Assembly: GCA_965222115.1 (NCBI GenBank)
Contig: CBDCTJ010000003.1
Coordinates: forward strand, 352,001-416,000
Direction: 5' to 3'
From: Planctomycetota bacterium
GTDB lineage: Bacteria; Planctomycetota; PLA2; JAEUHO01
Length of the DNA: 64,000 nt
The position numbers and the translations under genes are program-made. Position 1 is the stretch's first letter. Each line of letters begins with the position of its first letter. Under the pieces are notes generated by a model, which saw only the letters and a program-made list of their open reading frames with translations, searched no databases and had not been told where the DNA came from. This document shows positions 1 to 9,543 of the stretch, in pieces.

Positions 1-2
1 AC

Positions 3-2291
3 GTTGCGCTGGATGGCTTGGCCGGCACATCGTACGAAATTCACGGGCAGCACTTTCCGGGAGACGTGAGCACCACATACGTCGTACGATTCAAGTCGCA
101 GAACGGACCGATGTTTGATGATTGCAGTGGCAACGAAATCACCGGAATGGTCGCGTGGATTTCTGAGGGCGTATTGCGAGGTACCGCACCCTCAACGCAT
201 GTGCTGGCAGACGTTGACGTGTATGTCGCCGTCGATTTTCCCGATGGCGCGGTGACATCGAGTTCTGCGATCGCCACCTTTCTTGGCACGCCCGACCCAG
301 CACAAGATCAAGACGAAAACGGAATTCGCGACGGATGCGACCCCAATACGTACGACTTTGAAGCCGACGCGCTCGGTTCAAGACCCGCCGACGTCACTCA
401 ACGTGGTTTCCCAACCGACTTCGAAGTCGCCGAAGTCGGAGGTGATCGCGTCGCGAAGTATGTGGGTGCCAGCTCAGGCAGTTCCGATCGATTGGATCGA
501 CTCGATGGAGACTATGCGCATCAAAACACCACGATTTACGTCGATTGGGACGACACAGACAGTGTCGGGTCGATTGAGTTGTGGTCTGAGGGTTCGTTTT
601 CGGATTTCGCTGGCAGCGGACTCATCATCCAGATTCGAAATGGGCTGATCTACTTCTTTGAGCGAATTTGGCGACAAGTGCCCTCGGTCATTGGACCCGC
701 GTTGCCCGCCGACGGCCGCATGCGTATTCGCCTCATTAAGGGTGCAGGGGACACGAGCGCCGTCCACATTGACGTACGTAATGGTGACAATTGGAACGAG
801 GACTACGCCGTGTTTCCCATCTCCGATGATCGCTGGTTCCGCGGCCGCGCGACTGTGCTCAGCGAGTACTCCGCTGGACTTCGGGGCATCAAACGCATCA
901 CGGTGGTACATGAGCGTCCCATCTTGCCGTTGTCCATCTTCGAGTCGCCCGAGGGCCTCATGCCGTGGAAGCTCTTTCAGCGAGCCCCGGATGATGTCGC
1001 AACGATTCCGATAGATGGACACGTTCGGCTACAAGGCCCAGGCACCGTGGAAGCTAGGATTGTTCGCTCCGACAATGGCCTAGTGCTACCTGGGCACGAT
1101 TTTACCGATCACCGCCAAGCCGTTCCGTCTTCACCCGATGGCATGCACGTTCACATGGATCTCACGGGTGTATCCGTCGGTGGCAACTACGACGTACAAG
1201 TCAGGCTCTTGGATCAGGCCGACGTCGTGCTGGCCCAAGTGGGTGTCAATGACGTCGCCGTGGGTGACGTGTACATCTGTGCTGGCCAAAGCAACATGTC
1301 GGGCTACTCCGGCAACCTCACCGACGCCACGACGCCGATTCCCCAAGTACATCGCTTTCACAACAACGGCCGATGGGATCAGGCCGTAGAACCGATCGAT
1401 GCGAGCACATATCAAACCGATCGAATTTCGTTGGAGAATCCACTCCATTCGCTTGCGTTACCGTTTGCGAAATCGCTCTATGAAGACACGGGTGTTCCCG
1501 TTGCACTGGTACCGACTTCACTGGGCGGCACGAATCTTCACACCCAATGGCAGCGAAATGCAACTGCTCCCGCTTGGCGTGTGCTGCTCTATGGTTCCAT
1601 GCTGCATCGGGCCCGCGCGGCTTGCGGTGCACAAACGCCTGCGGGGTTTCTCTGGTTTCAAGGAGAGTCCGATGCGATTGGAGCCCGAACAACAGCGCAA
1701 TACAAGACCGACTTAGAGCAGCTCATTGATCATGTGCGCACAGACCTTGGTGCACCCAACCTCCTTGCCATCGTCGCGCAACTAGGTACGTTTTCTTCGG
1801 CCAACTTGGACTTGTGGCTACCGATTCAAGAGGCACAGCGCCAAGTCGCCCGAGATGATCCGCGTGTCGCCCTCGTACCCACGGTCGATGCACCCCGCTC
1901 CGACGCGATTCACTTCAATGTGGCCGGCTATAAGTTGATTGGCCAACGCTTTGCGGAAGCCGCGCGCGTTCTGCGATTTGGCCACTCGATTGATCCTCTC
2001 GTAGAGCTCGTGTCCGCCGCGCCGGGCGCGACGGCGAACGCCATTGATCTCACGTATGACGCGAACGTATCAGGCGGAGACGCGTCCTTGTATTCGGTTA
2101 CCGATGACTCGGGCGCAGCAACCGTCACGTCGATCCAAACAAGCGGCTCGGTCATCACACTCACGCTCGATCGCGCCATGGATACCAATGCAACCTTGGA
2201 CTACGGTCGAGCAGTCACACCAACGGCGGCATGGGTTTTGGACGGCAATGGCACGCCCGTCCCGTGTTTCGATGCGGTCAGTGTCAACTGA
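3..2291 (+). CDS. Multidomain sialate O-acetylesterase (SASA/DUF303, SGNH hydrolase) protein, 5'-partial
   Basis: Motifs GDVYICAGQSNM, FLWFQGESDA and DAIHFNVAGY. Frame is open to the window edge. DQDENGIRDGCD resembles a Ca-binding TSP3-like motif; beta-rich N- and C-terminal accessory domains. Confidence 0.8.
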   Translation, partial: VALDGLAGTSYEIHGQHFPGDVSTTYVVRFKSQNGPMFDDCSGNEITGMVAWISEGVLRGTAPSTHVLADVDVYVAVDFPDGAVTSSSAIATFLGTPDPAQDQDENGIRDGCDPNTYDFEADALGSRPADVTQRGFPTDFEVAEVGGDRVAKYVGASSGSSDRLDRLDGDYAHQNTTIYVDWDDTDSVGSIELWSEGSFSDFAGSGLIIQIRNGLIYFFERIWRQVPSVIGPALPADGRMRIRLIKGAGDTSAVHIDVRNGDNWNEDYAVFPISDDRWFRGRATVLSEYSAGLRGIKRITVVHERPILPLSIFESPEGLMPWKLFQRAPDDVATIPIDGHVRLQGPGTVEARIVRSDNGLVLPGHDFTDHRQAVPSSPDGMHVHMDLTGVSVGGNYDVQVRLLDQADVVLAQVGVNDVAVGDVYICAGQSNMSGYSGNLTDATTPIPQVHRFHNNGRWDQAVEPIDASTYQTDRISLENPLHSLALPFAKSLYEDTGVPVALVPTSLGGTNLHTQWQRNATAPAWRVLLYGSMLHRARAACGAQTPAGFLWFQGESDAIGARTTAQYKTDLEQLIDHVRTDLGAPNLLAIVAQLGTFSSANLDLWLPIQEAQRQVARDDPRVALVPTVDAPRSDAIHFNVAGYKLIGQRFAEAARVLRFGHSIDPLVELVSAAPGATANAIDLTYDANVSGGDASLYSVTDDSGAATVTSIQTSGSVITLTLDRAMDTNATLDYGRAVTPTAAWVLDGNGTPVPCFDAVSVN

Positions 2292-2435
2292 AGTGCATCG
2301 GACGGTTCGACCTACTGAAAAACGAAACGGCATGGCGACCTCACACGTGCATGACATCGCTGATCAATGGTGATCCGTGCAAAATTACACCCGGCACATT
2401 TTCTAGTCACACAGCAATCATTTCGGTACCCACAC

Positions 2436-2516
2436 CGTCCACGTCCACGTCCACGTCCACGTCCACGTCCACGTCCACGTCCACGTCCACGTCCACGTCC
2501 ACGTCCACGTCCACGT
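2436..2516. repeat. Perfect hexanucleotide tandem repeat (CGTCCA)x13.5
   Basis: Read directly: 81 bp uninterrupted, intergenic. Confidence 0.97.
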
Positions 2517-2557
2517 AAAAGCGGCGCGAATCGTTCATCAGATGCCCGCCCTTGAGT

Positions 2558-2592
2558 ACGGGTTCCGGGTAACGGGTGACGGGTGACGGGAC
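2558..2592. repeat. Degenerate heptamer tandem repeat (ACGGGTG-like)x5
   Basis: acgggtt ccgggta acgggtg acgggtg acgggac. Confidence 0.75.
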
Positions 2593-2816
2593 CGCGGACA
2601 GCACCGCCGGTCGCACTAGCGCAATCGGAACACGCGACCACAGACATCTTCGCGCAACAAGATTCAATACGATGCCGACGATCGCCCCAACACCTGCTGC
2701 GCTCGCCGATCTTTGTGTCCTCAGTGAGAGCCTTCTTCTTCTTCAACTGCCTCTTCGAACTTCGTCCCACCACTGGCTACAACCGCACTTGCGGTTAGCG
2801 CCCCAATACGTTCGCC

Positions 2817-2850
2817 CTCTGCTCCTCCGCGTACTCCGCGCCTCTGCGTT
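2817..2850. repeat. Degenerate 8-9-mer repeat (CTCYGCG core)x4
   Basis: ctctgctc ctccgcgta ctccgcgc ctctgcgtt. Confidence 0.6.
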
Positions 2851-2895
2851 AAATGAGGCGCGCACGGCCGCCGTATGGCGCGTTAGGATGCCGCC

Positions 2896-4263
2896 ATGAA
2901 ACACTCCATTGCCCTTGCAGCCTCGATTGCAATCTGCCTGACCGTGCTTTCGAACGCGCGCGCTGAAGAAGCGCCTACGAAACCTGTCGCAGAACAACCC
3001 ACCATCAACGGTCGATTGACAATGAATGAGGGACAGCCCGTGCTGTCGTTGTGGGGCACGCCCAAAGAACGAGGCTTTGCGCACGGCTATCTCATGGCGC
3101 AGAAGATCATCGACGGTGTGCGGCACGACTTTGAACATGCGCTCAAGCCACTAGGCAAGAAATACGATGCCATTGTTACGAAGTTTATCGTTCCCAAATT
3201 TCATTTTGAACCGCATGAGGAAGAAGAGCTCACCGCACTCTTTGAGGGCATGAAGGCTGCCAAGCCAAAGGGTGGACTTCGTGTCGATGCATTGGGTCGC
3301 GATCTGGGTCTCATCGATCTCAAGGCACTCAACACTTTTGGCGACTGGTATGGCCTTGGTTGTTCGTCGATGGCGGTGTGGGGCAAGCGCACGGTCGATG
3401 AGCTGCCGCTGATTGGGCGCAACTTCGATTTCCCTACGTTTGATCTCGTGCTGGGCCACCAGTTCATCATTGTGCATGCGCCCCGCGAGAAGCGTGCGGG
3501 ATTTGTAGCCGTTACGTATCCGGGGTGCATAGGCGTGTTGACTGCCATGAACACGGACGGGACATTCGCCAGCATCCACGACGTGAAAAATCGCCCGCAA
3601 CTCAAAGACGCGGCGCGGCCCAATGTGCCCCGACTGCTCGCCATGCGGCGCATGATGGAATCACTGACCGGAAACGACATATGCCCGCGTGCATTGAAGA
3701 TGGCCCAATCGTGGCCGACGCTCTATGGCAATAACATTATGGTCGCCGCAGCGAAGGCGTACGGTGACCAAGCGGGCGCCGGGGTACTCGAGTACGACAG
3801 CAAGACGGAAAAGGACAAGGGCGCTACGCTCCGTTCGCTCACCGGGGAAAGCAAGAAATCTGGCGGTTGCCTTGCGTGCACCAATCACCACCGCAAACGG
3901 TCTGCGATCCCCAAGGCTGCTGGATTCTGGACGCCCTGGCGCTACGAACTACTGACCAATGCAGATAGGCTCGCGAAGAACGATGGCCAGTTCACCGTGG
4001 AGCGCATGTTCGCACATATGTGTGAAGCCAGTTTTCCGAAGGGCGGCGGACCCCTTCGTCCGATTACGTCGCCTCAAGGTGCGCGTCGTCGCGAAGGGTT
4101 CGGCACGCTCCATCAAGTGGTGGCGCGCTGTGGCCCCAAACACTTCCACGTACGACTCGCCAAACTCGGCACCAATATCGCCAAGGCCAAGGTCGTGAGC
4201 TACGACGTTCTAACCTTCGTCAAAAAGTCCCAGAACATCAACGTTGCCGCACCGACGCGTTAG
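2896..4263 (+). CDS. Secreted C45-family (AAT) autoproteolytic Ntn-hydrolase/peptidase
   Basis: Signal peptide; GTPKERGFAHG; nucleophile motif GCSS followed by LIGRNFDF; LTAMN; CTNH. Confidence 0.8.
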   Translation: MKHSIALAASIAICLTVLSNARAEEAPTKPVAEQPTINGRLTMNEGQPVLSLWGTPKERGFAHGYLMAQKIIDGVRHDFEHALKPLGKKYDAIVTKFIVPKFHFEPHEEEELTALFEGMKAAKPKGGLRVDALGRDLGLIDLKALNTFGDWYGLGCSSMAVWGKRTVDELPLIGRNFDFPTFDLVLGHQFIIVHAPREKRAGFVAVTYPGCIGVLTAMNTDGTFASIHDVKNRPQLKDAARPNVPRLLAMRRMMESLTGNDICPRALKMAQSWPTLYGNNIMVAAAKAYGDQAGAGVLEYDSKTEKDKGATLRSLTGESKKSGGCLACTNHHRKRSAIPKAAGFWTPWRYELLTNADRLAKNDGQFTVERMFAHMCEASFPKGGGPLRPITSPQGARRREGFGTLHQVVARCGPKHFHVRLAKLGTNIAKAKVVSYDVLTFVKKSQNINVAAPTR

Positions 4264-4736
4264 CCCCGTTTCGACATCGCAACCACGTGCTTGTACTCAG
4301 CCGCCGTCACGGGTTGAATTGACAAACGCGCCCCGCGTTTGCACACCATCATGTCTTTGAGCTTGGCTTCAGCCTTGAGTTGCGCAAGCGTGATCACTTC
4401 AGGGAACGAGGCTTGCCACTTGATGTCCACGCAGTACCAGCGTGGCTCTTCCTTGGTTGCCTTCTCGTCGTAATACTTGCTCTTTGCGTCGAACTGCTCG
4501 GGATCCGGGTAGCCTCCCTTGGTCACGACCGCGAGCCCGGCAACCCCCACCGGCTGCTTGCGACTGTGATAGTAGAGGACCAGATCGCCTTTCTTGATGT
4601 CGTCACGCAGGAGATTGCGCGCTTGATAGTTGCGGACCCCCTCCCAATACGTCGTGCGCTTGGGTGACGATTTCAAGTCGTCGATACTGAAGACGTCGCT
4701 TTCGCTCTTGAACAACCAGTGGGAGATTTTCGGCAT
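4260..4736 (-). CDS. EVE domain protein (Thy1/THYN1-like)
   Basis: WLFKSE-SDVFSIDDL, WEGVRNYQARN, LYYHS, RLSIQPV. Confidence 0.93.
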   Translation of the reverse strand: MPKISHWLFKSESDVFSIDDLKSSPKRTTYWEGVRNYQARNLLRDDIKKGDLVLYYHSRKQPVGVAGLAVVTKGGYPDPEQFDAKSKYYDEKATKEEPRWYCVDIKWQASFPEVITLAQLKAEAKLKDMMVCKRGARLSIQPVTAAEYKHVVAMSKRG

Positions 4737-4878
4737 ACGCGTATTTGTAGCCCGGACTATTCATGAATTGAAGTGAATCGCACGGGCTAGCGCAAGTCAC
4801 CGCATTCGCCGTCGTCTATACTGAGGGATCCGGCAAACCTTCTTCCGCGGAGCCTATATCCGTTTAGAGGCAACTCCC

Positions 4879-7113
4879 GTGAAACGTTCGTTCGGAAATT
4901 GGCCGTTCCTACTGCTACTTGTGCTGTTTGTGGGTACGGGGGCGTGGCTCACATGGGAAATCGTGAACGTTGTTGGAAACGAAGACGATGGCGAGCGAGC
5001 GCCACTGTTCGCGACCAATCAAGACAACGAGGACGGCGATGCGGCCCCCACGATGGACTCAGTTCCCGCGCTGCATCCGAAACCAACCAAGCCGCGGCCA
5101 GAAACAGTGGAAACCCCTGAGAACGTTCCACCGCTTCCCCCAAGTGCTATCGCCGTTCCTGGTTCAAGCGAGACCGACGAGCCGGTGGTTCCGCCAAAGC
5201 CCTATGACGCAGAGGCACTAGATGACACACCCGGGCCCCCGCACAAGACAGGAGCTGTTCCGTTTCAAGGGCGTCCGCGCCATGACACGACCGGTGGACG
5301 CGTTGCACTTCCTCGAGCGAGTGGCGTGCTCATTGGTACTCCGCGCGACATTGTCAAAGGGCTCGTAGAACGTCACCCTTTGCTTGAAGCCTTAGGATCA
5401 GAGACACCTGTGCATCGCCGGGACATCCCAGGATTTCTGATTGATCGCATGGAAGTCAGCAACGCTCAGTATCTGCTCTACCTCCAAGATGTAACGCGCG
5501 AGCAAAACAACGTTTCACTTCGAAGCGTGCGCGCCCCATCCATGGTCGCGTGGGCCGCATCACTTCTCGATCCCGCCTATGCGCCAGACAATGGAGACAT
5601 GGCGCGCTTCGCACAGCAAATCGGACGCACCACACCTGGGCTGTTTAGCGTTGCAGCGGCTCCCGCCAGGGACGACCCAGCGTCGGTCCATGAAAGCGAC
5701 TGGGCCAAGTGGCTTTCATCGCCGCCTCCGCGTCGATCCGTGAATGTTCCTATCGTTCGGCGCCTTCCGCCTAAGACGTGGACCTCACTTTTTCCATCAA
5801 AGGCTCAAATGAATCTCCCGGTTCGCGGCGTGAGCTTTCACGAAGCGCTCGCGTTCGCCGATTGGGCCGGCAAGCACATACCGACGGAATACGAGTGGGA
5901 GTACGCCGCGCGTGGCAAAAACGGCCGCGCGTTTCCATGGGGCGGAACCGCAATTGGTTGGCACTCCTACGTACACCAGGACGCGGAGAGTCGAGATGAG
6001 GCAGACATTGAAACGCTGCCCATCGATCAACTACCTGAAGGCGCCACCCCCGAAGACGTCCGGCATCTGCTTGGCAATGTGAGTGAATGGACGTCTTCGT
6101 TCTTAGACCCCTACCCCGGTGGCTTCACACATCCCTTGCGATACCGCGTACGTGTCGTGCGCGGTGGCTCTGTGGCCTCAATGCTTGATGTGTTTCTGCG
6201 AAGCACATGTCGCGCGTGGTCGCGTGAATCAGACGATCCAGACCCCATACCGGTGCGGGAAGGAACGCCCTACGCAAACAAGCGATTGCCATGGACGGGC
6301 TTTCGCTGTGGATCTTTTGATCGGCACCCGGGCGCAAGTTATGCGCGGAATATGATGGCGTGGGCAGCGTCCTCGCCATTTGCACCGTGGGTCATCCTTC
6401 CTGACCGAGTTCACGAACACTACTACGACGGATATTTTTGGCGCGACCATGCATTGAAGGGGCAACCCGTGGAGTCGGGCGTGTTCGTGCGCGAAGGGGC
6501 GCAGTGGATCGCGGCAATGCCACTTAAAACCATCTCACTACTTGAGACGGACGGCGCCGCAACGACGGCCGTGGACGAGACCACGCGGGAGGGATTCATC
6601 GCGCGCAGTCACGGTCATGGAATTCCCATGGCCCTCCTATCGACGAGTTTTGAAATCGATCACGTCTGGGTCGATACAGATCGCGACTCGAGCACGCTCA
6701 CGCCCAAATCACCCTTTGGAATTCCGAAGAAACTTCGCACAACAACGGCGCCACCAGGGTGCTACGTCGTCATGGTCCACGCGGGTTGGATTGCCCTTCG
6801 CTCAACGCGAACGACGGCAATCTACTACCTTGATCGACGCGCACGCTCTGTCTCAAAATTTCCATTCACCTGGAGCACAAGACGACGTGATTGGAATCAA
6901 CCGCCCCGACCCTCCATTGAAATGCGTGACGGCCCGGCGGCGCAGAACACGATGTACACGCTCAAATTTGAACTTCCGGTACGCCCAACAAACGAGAAAG
7001 CGGGACACGGACGGGTGGCCCTCACCTTGCGCCTCAAGGTCAAGCGTGCGCAACGGCACGACAAACGCCTCGAGCGGCTCAAACGAGACCGGAATCGAGG
7101 CCGGCGCCGCTAG
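4879..7113 (+). CDS. Membrane-anchored FGE-sulfatase (SUMF1/EgtB/PvdO)-fold protein
   Basis: N-terminal TM and Pro-rich linker; FLIDRMEVSNAQY, PTEYEWEYAARG, LLGNVSEW, VVRGGS, TGFRC. Confidence 0.8.
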   Translation: MKRSFGNWPFLLLLVLFVGTGAWLTWEIVNVVGNEDDGERAPLFATNQDNEDGDAAPTMDSVPALHPKPTKPRPETVETPENVPPLPPSAIAVPGSSETDEPVVPPKPYDAEALDDTPGPPHKTGAVPFQGRPRHDTTGGRVALPRASGVLIGTPRDIVKGLVERHPLLEALGSETPVHRRDIPGFLIDRMEVSNAQYLLYLQDVTREQNNVSLRSVRAPSMVAWAASLLDPAYAPDNGDMARFAQQIGRTTPGLFSVAAAPARDDPASVHESDWAKWLSSPPPRRSVNVPIVRRLPPKTWTSLFPSKAQMNLPVRGVSFHEALAFADWAGKHIPTEYEWEYAARGKNGRAFPWGGTAIGWHSYVHQDAESRDEADIETLPIDQLPEGATPEDVRHLLGNVSEWTSSFLDPYPGGFTHPLRYRVRVVRGGSVASMLDVFLRSTCRAWSRESDDPDPIPVREGTPYANKRLPWTGFRCGSFDRHPGASYARNMMAWAASSPFAPWVILPDRVHEHYYDGYFWRDHALKGQPVESGVFVREGAQWIAAMPLKTISLLETDGAATTAVDETTREGFIARSHGHGIPMALLSTSFEIDHVWVDTDRDSSTLTPKSPFGIPKKLRTTTAPPGCYVVMVHAGWIALRSTRTTAIYYLDRRARSVSKFPFTWSTRRRDWNQPPRPSIEMRDGPAAQNTMYTLKFELPVRPTNEKAGHGRVALTLRLKVKRAQRHDKRLERLKRDRNRGRRR

Positions 7114-7172
7114 CGGTTGGGGATTGCTATTGAAGTGTCGATAGATCCTATTGACTCGATAGGATACTCGGC

Positions 7173-8516
7173 ATGGCTCAACGAATTTTGCTCGCGCTTG
7201 TGCTCATCTCGCTAACCGGCTTTGTGCCCAGTGCCTATGCGAAGGACGCGCCCGAGAAGAAGTCGCCAGAAGGATCACGCGCCGACGCCGACGTGACGCC
7301 CAAAGAGCGCGATGCGGCACTAAAGAAGTGCTTCAAGTACCTCGACGAACGACTTTGGAAGATGACGGAGTATGGGTCGAGTCGTAAGTTCTACTCTGCC
7401 GCGATGGCAGGTTGGGCCTACTTGATCTGTAGCGCCAAACCAAAGGAGGGATCCAAACTTCCATCACGAGCCAAAGAGATCAAACGCATCGCGGAGCTAC
7501 TTGACGGGTATGCCGATCGTGTCAGGCGCGCTTATGACCAAGACGACAAAAAGCAAAAAAAGAAGAAAGGAGACAAGCCTGCAGGTCGAGCCAGCATGTT
7601 TGGTCGCACGGCGCAGTACGTTTGGAATCTGGGGGTGTCGGCACACTTCTTCGCCGCGAGGTTCGCCCGTCGCAAGTCTCGAGGTCCTTCAAAGCGCTCG
7701 CTAAAGACCATCGTCAAACTGCTTGAAGCGTGCCAACAAGAGAACGGCGGCTGGGGTCATGACGACGCACGTCGTGAAGGCATGGGACTACCGGCAATCA
7801 AGATCCCAAAGCCCGGTGGCGGGTCGTTCAAGTATCCGGGGACGCTTTTGGGCGCGGGCAACTGTGCGCTGTCGGGCATTGGCGCAGCGCGTGCGGTATT
7901 GGGCGGCGCACCAACACGCGCGATGGAACGTGGCCGCGAACATTTCCTAAGGTCGCAAAATGGCTCCGGAACCTTTCCTTATGATCCGTCGCAGCAACAT
8001 GGCGGCGGTGATGACGAGGCTGGCGCGGGTCACGCCGGCTACGCGGATCGCATCGGTGTTGCGCGCACGTCAGGTTCGGTACTCGCGTTGTTGCTATCCG
8101 GACTAAAACCGAACCACAAGGCCATCACACGAGCCATCAATCAGATCGACGCCCATCCCGAATGGCTCGGCGACGGCCACGGTTCAGCCGCTATGGCATT
8201 GGGATTTAGTGCGATTCTTGCATCCGCACGCGGCGAGAAGGCGTGGAACGTCTTTCGCAAAACATACTTCCGGAAGATCCTTGAGCATCAACAGGAGGAC
8301 GGTGGCTGCAACTGCGTGTGCAACAAGTCACCCGGCGTCACGAACGACACAGAGAGCATCAAAGGCATGAATATGCCCGGTTGGGTAGAAGGCGGGCGAA
8401 TCTACGTAACAGCGATTCATGCGTTCATCTTGGCGCTCGATCGCAACCCCGTAAAATCGATTCCCTCCATCAAGATCCCGCATGCGCCGGTGGTTACGGG
8501 CGAGTCCGACAAGTAA
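7173..8516 (+). CDS. Secreted prenyltransferase/squalene-oxidase-repeat (alpha/alpha barrel) protein
   Basis: Signal peptide; QW-like motifs CQQENGGWG, SQNGSGTF, HQQEDGG. Confidence 0.7.
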   Translation: MAQRILLALVLISLTGFVPSAYAKDAPEKKSPEGSRADADVTPKERDAALKKCFKYLDERLWKMTEYGSSRKFYSAAMAGWAYLICSAKPKEGSKLPSRAKEIKRIAELLDGYADRVRRAYDQDDKKQKKKKGDKPAGRASMFGRTAQYVWNLGVSAHFFAARFARRKSRGPSKRSLKTIVKLLEACQQENGGWGHDDARREGMGLPAIKIPKPGGGSFKYPGTLLGAGNCALSGIGAARAVLGGAPTRAMERGREHFLRSQNGSGTFPYDPSQQHGGGDDEAGAGHAGYADRIGVARTSGSVLALLLSGLKPNHKAITRAINQIDAHPEWLGDGHGSAAMALGFSAILASARGEKAWNVFRKTYFRKILEHQQEDGGCNCVCNKSPGVTNDTESIKGMNMPGWVEGGRIYVTAIHAFILALDRNPVKSIPSIKIPHAPVVTGESDK

Positions 8517-8533
8517 TCGATGCCAGTCGTTGT

Positions 8534-9535
8534 TCAGTCGGAGGATGTGACGCGCGCGCGGGCGCGCCACAGCGTCCCAGGCCAATCCGTAAAATCCGAA
8601 CCTTTCTCGCCATTTGATATGAGCCAGGACCGAACACCAGTTGACACGACACGTAGCGAGTCACTTGCGTAGTAGCTCGTGCCTTTTGCCGCGTCGGGTG
8701 GCGCCCACTGCGCCTTGTTCTTCTTCATACGCCGATCGCGAATGCCAAGCCAGCGCCCCATCGGAAACCACACACCGCGCTTTCGGGGAAACCACGTGGT
8801 GAAATCGTAGTTCTCGGGAATAGGGAGTGCGATAGGAAACGTAAGCTGTGAGAATCGACTCCCTTCAGGTACCTCACGCCGAATCACTTGGATCGACCCA
8901 AGCGTCGTCGTGCTGCTCGACACGATGGCCTCTTCAGGCCAAGTGTGCTTTGGAGCGGCAACACCCAAGATTGCCACGGCCACAACCGCGTTATACGCCT
9001 TGAGCCGAGCTACATCATCGGTAGCTGTATCGTTGTCGGAACGGGCCGGCCCGTGGGCCACGGCAACGAGGAATGGACGATTCGGATTCACGTCTACCTC
9101 GATGCCGAGGAGTTTCCCCTCCTCGTGCGATGGCCCATCACCGTCGAACCAATCGGCAAGTCGACCACTGGTAAGTTCCAACCGAAAGGTGGCACGGGTG
9201 GGCGACACGTACTCAATGGCGCGCACCTGCCACTTGTCGTTGGGAAGGTCGAGCGCTTTGATGATGGCCTCGTACTCAGCCCGACGATGCTTACCACCAA
9301 GTAGCCTCTCATCTTTGGCAAAGCCCATGCGCGAGTGGATCTCGTTCGAAGCGGGTTGCCGAAACGAGTGCTCGATGGGTCCTAAGTCCGGATGCCCAAA
9401 GGGACGCACCGACTGTCTTGTAGGGTCAGGCACAGGGGAGGTTTCACCACACCCGGTCCCCACGAAGATGAACAGGGCGACCAGGACCAAGAGCATCGGT
9501 CGAAAGAAGGCATGCATGCATAGCAATCTACACAT
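8534..9535 (-). CDS. Hypothetical lipoprotein
   Basis: Hydrophobic signal with lipobox-like VGTGC; starts just downstream of dnaK on the same strand. Confidence 0.55.
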   Translation of the reverse strand: MCRLLCMHAFFRPMLLVLVALFIFVGTGCGETSPVPDPTRQSVRPFGHPDLGPIEHSFRQPASNEIHSRMGFAKDERLLGGKHRRAEYEAIIKALDLPNDKWQVRAIEYVSPTRATFRLELTSGRLADWFDGDGPSHEEGKLLGIEVDVNPNRPFLVAVAHGPARSDNDTATDDVARLKAYNAVVAVAILGVAAPKHTWPEEAIVSSSTTTLGSIQVIRREVPEGSRFSQLTFPIALPIPENYDFTTWFPRKRGVWFPMGRWLGIRDRRMKKNKAQWAPPDAAKGTSYYASDSLRVVSTGVRSWLISNGEKGSDFTDWPGTLWRARARVTSSD

Positions 9536-9543
9536 GCGCGCGG

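Noticed and set aside
2231-2899. ORFs with poly-ST, RP, RG or VD tracts
   Set aside because: They are translations of the (CGTCCA)n repeat in different frames, with no RBS or family motifs.
4260-4736. EVE domain as part of a modification-dependent restriction system
   Set aside because: Stand-alone Thy1-like EVE protein with no fused or adjacent nuclease.
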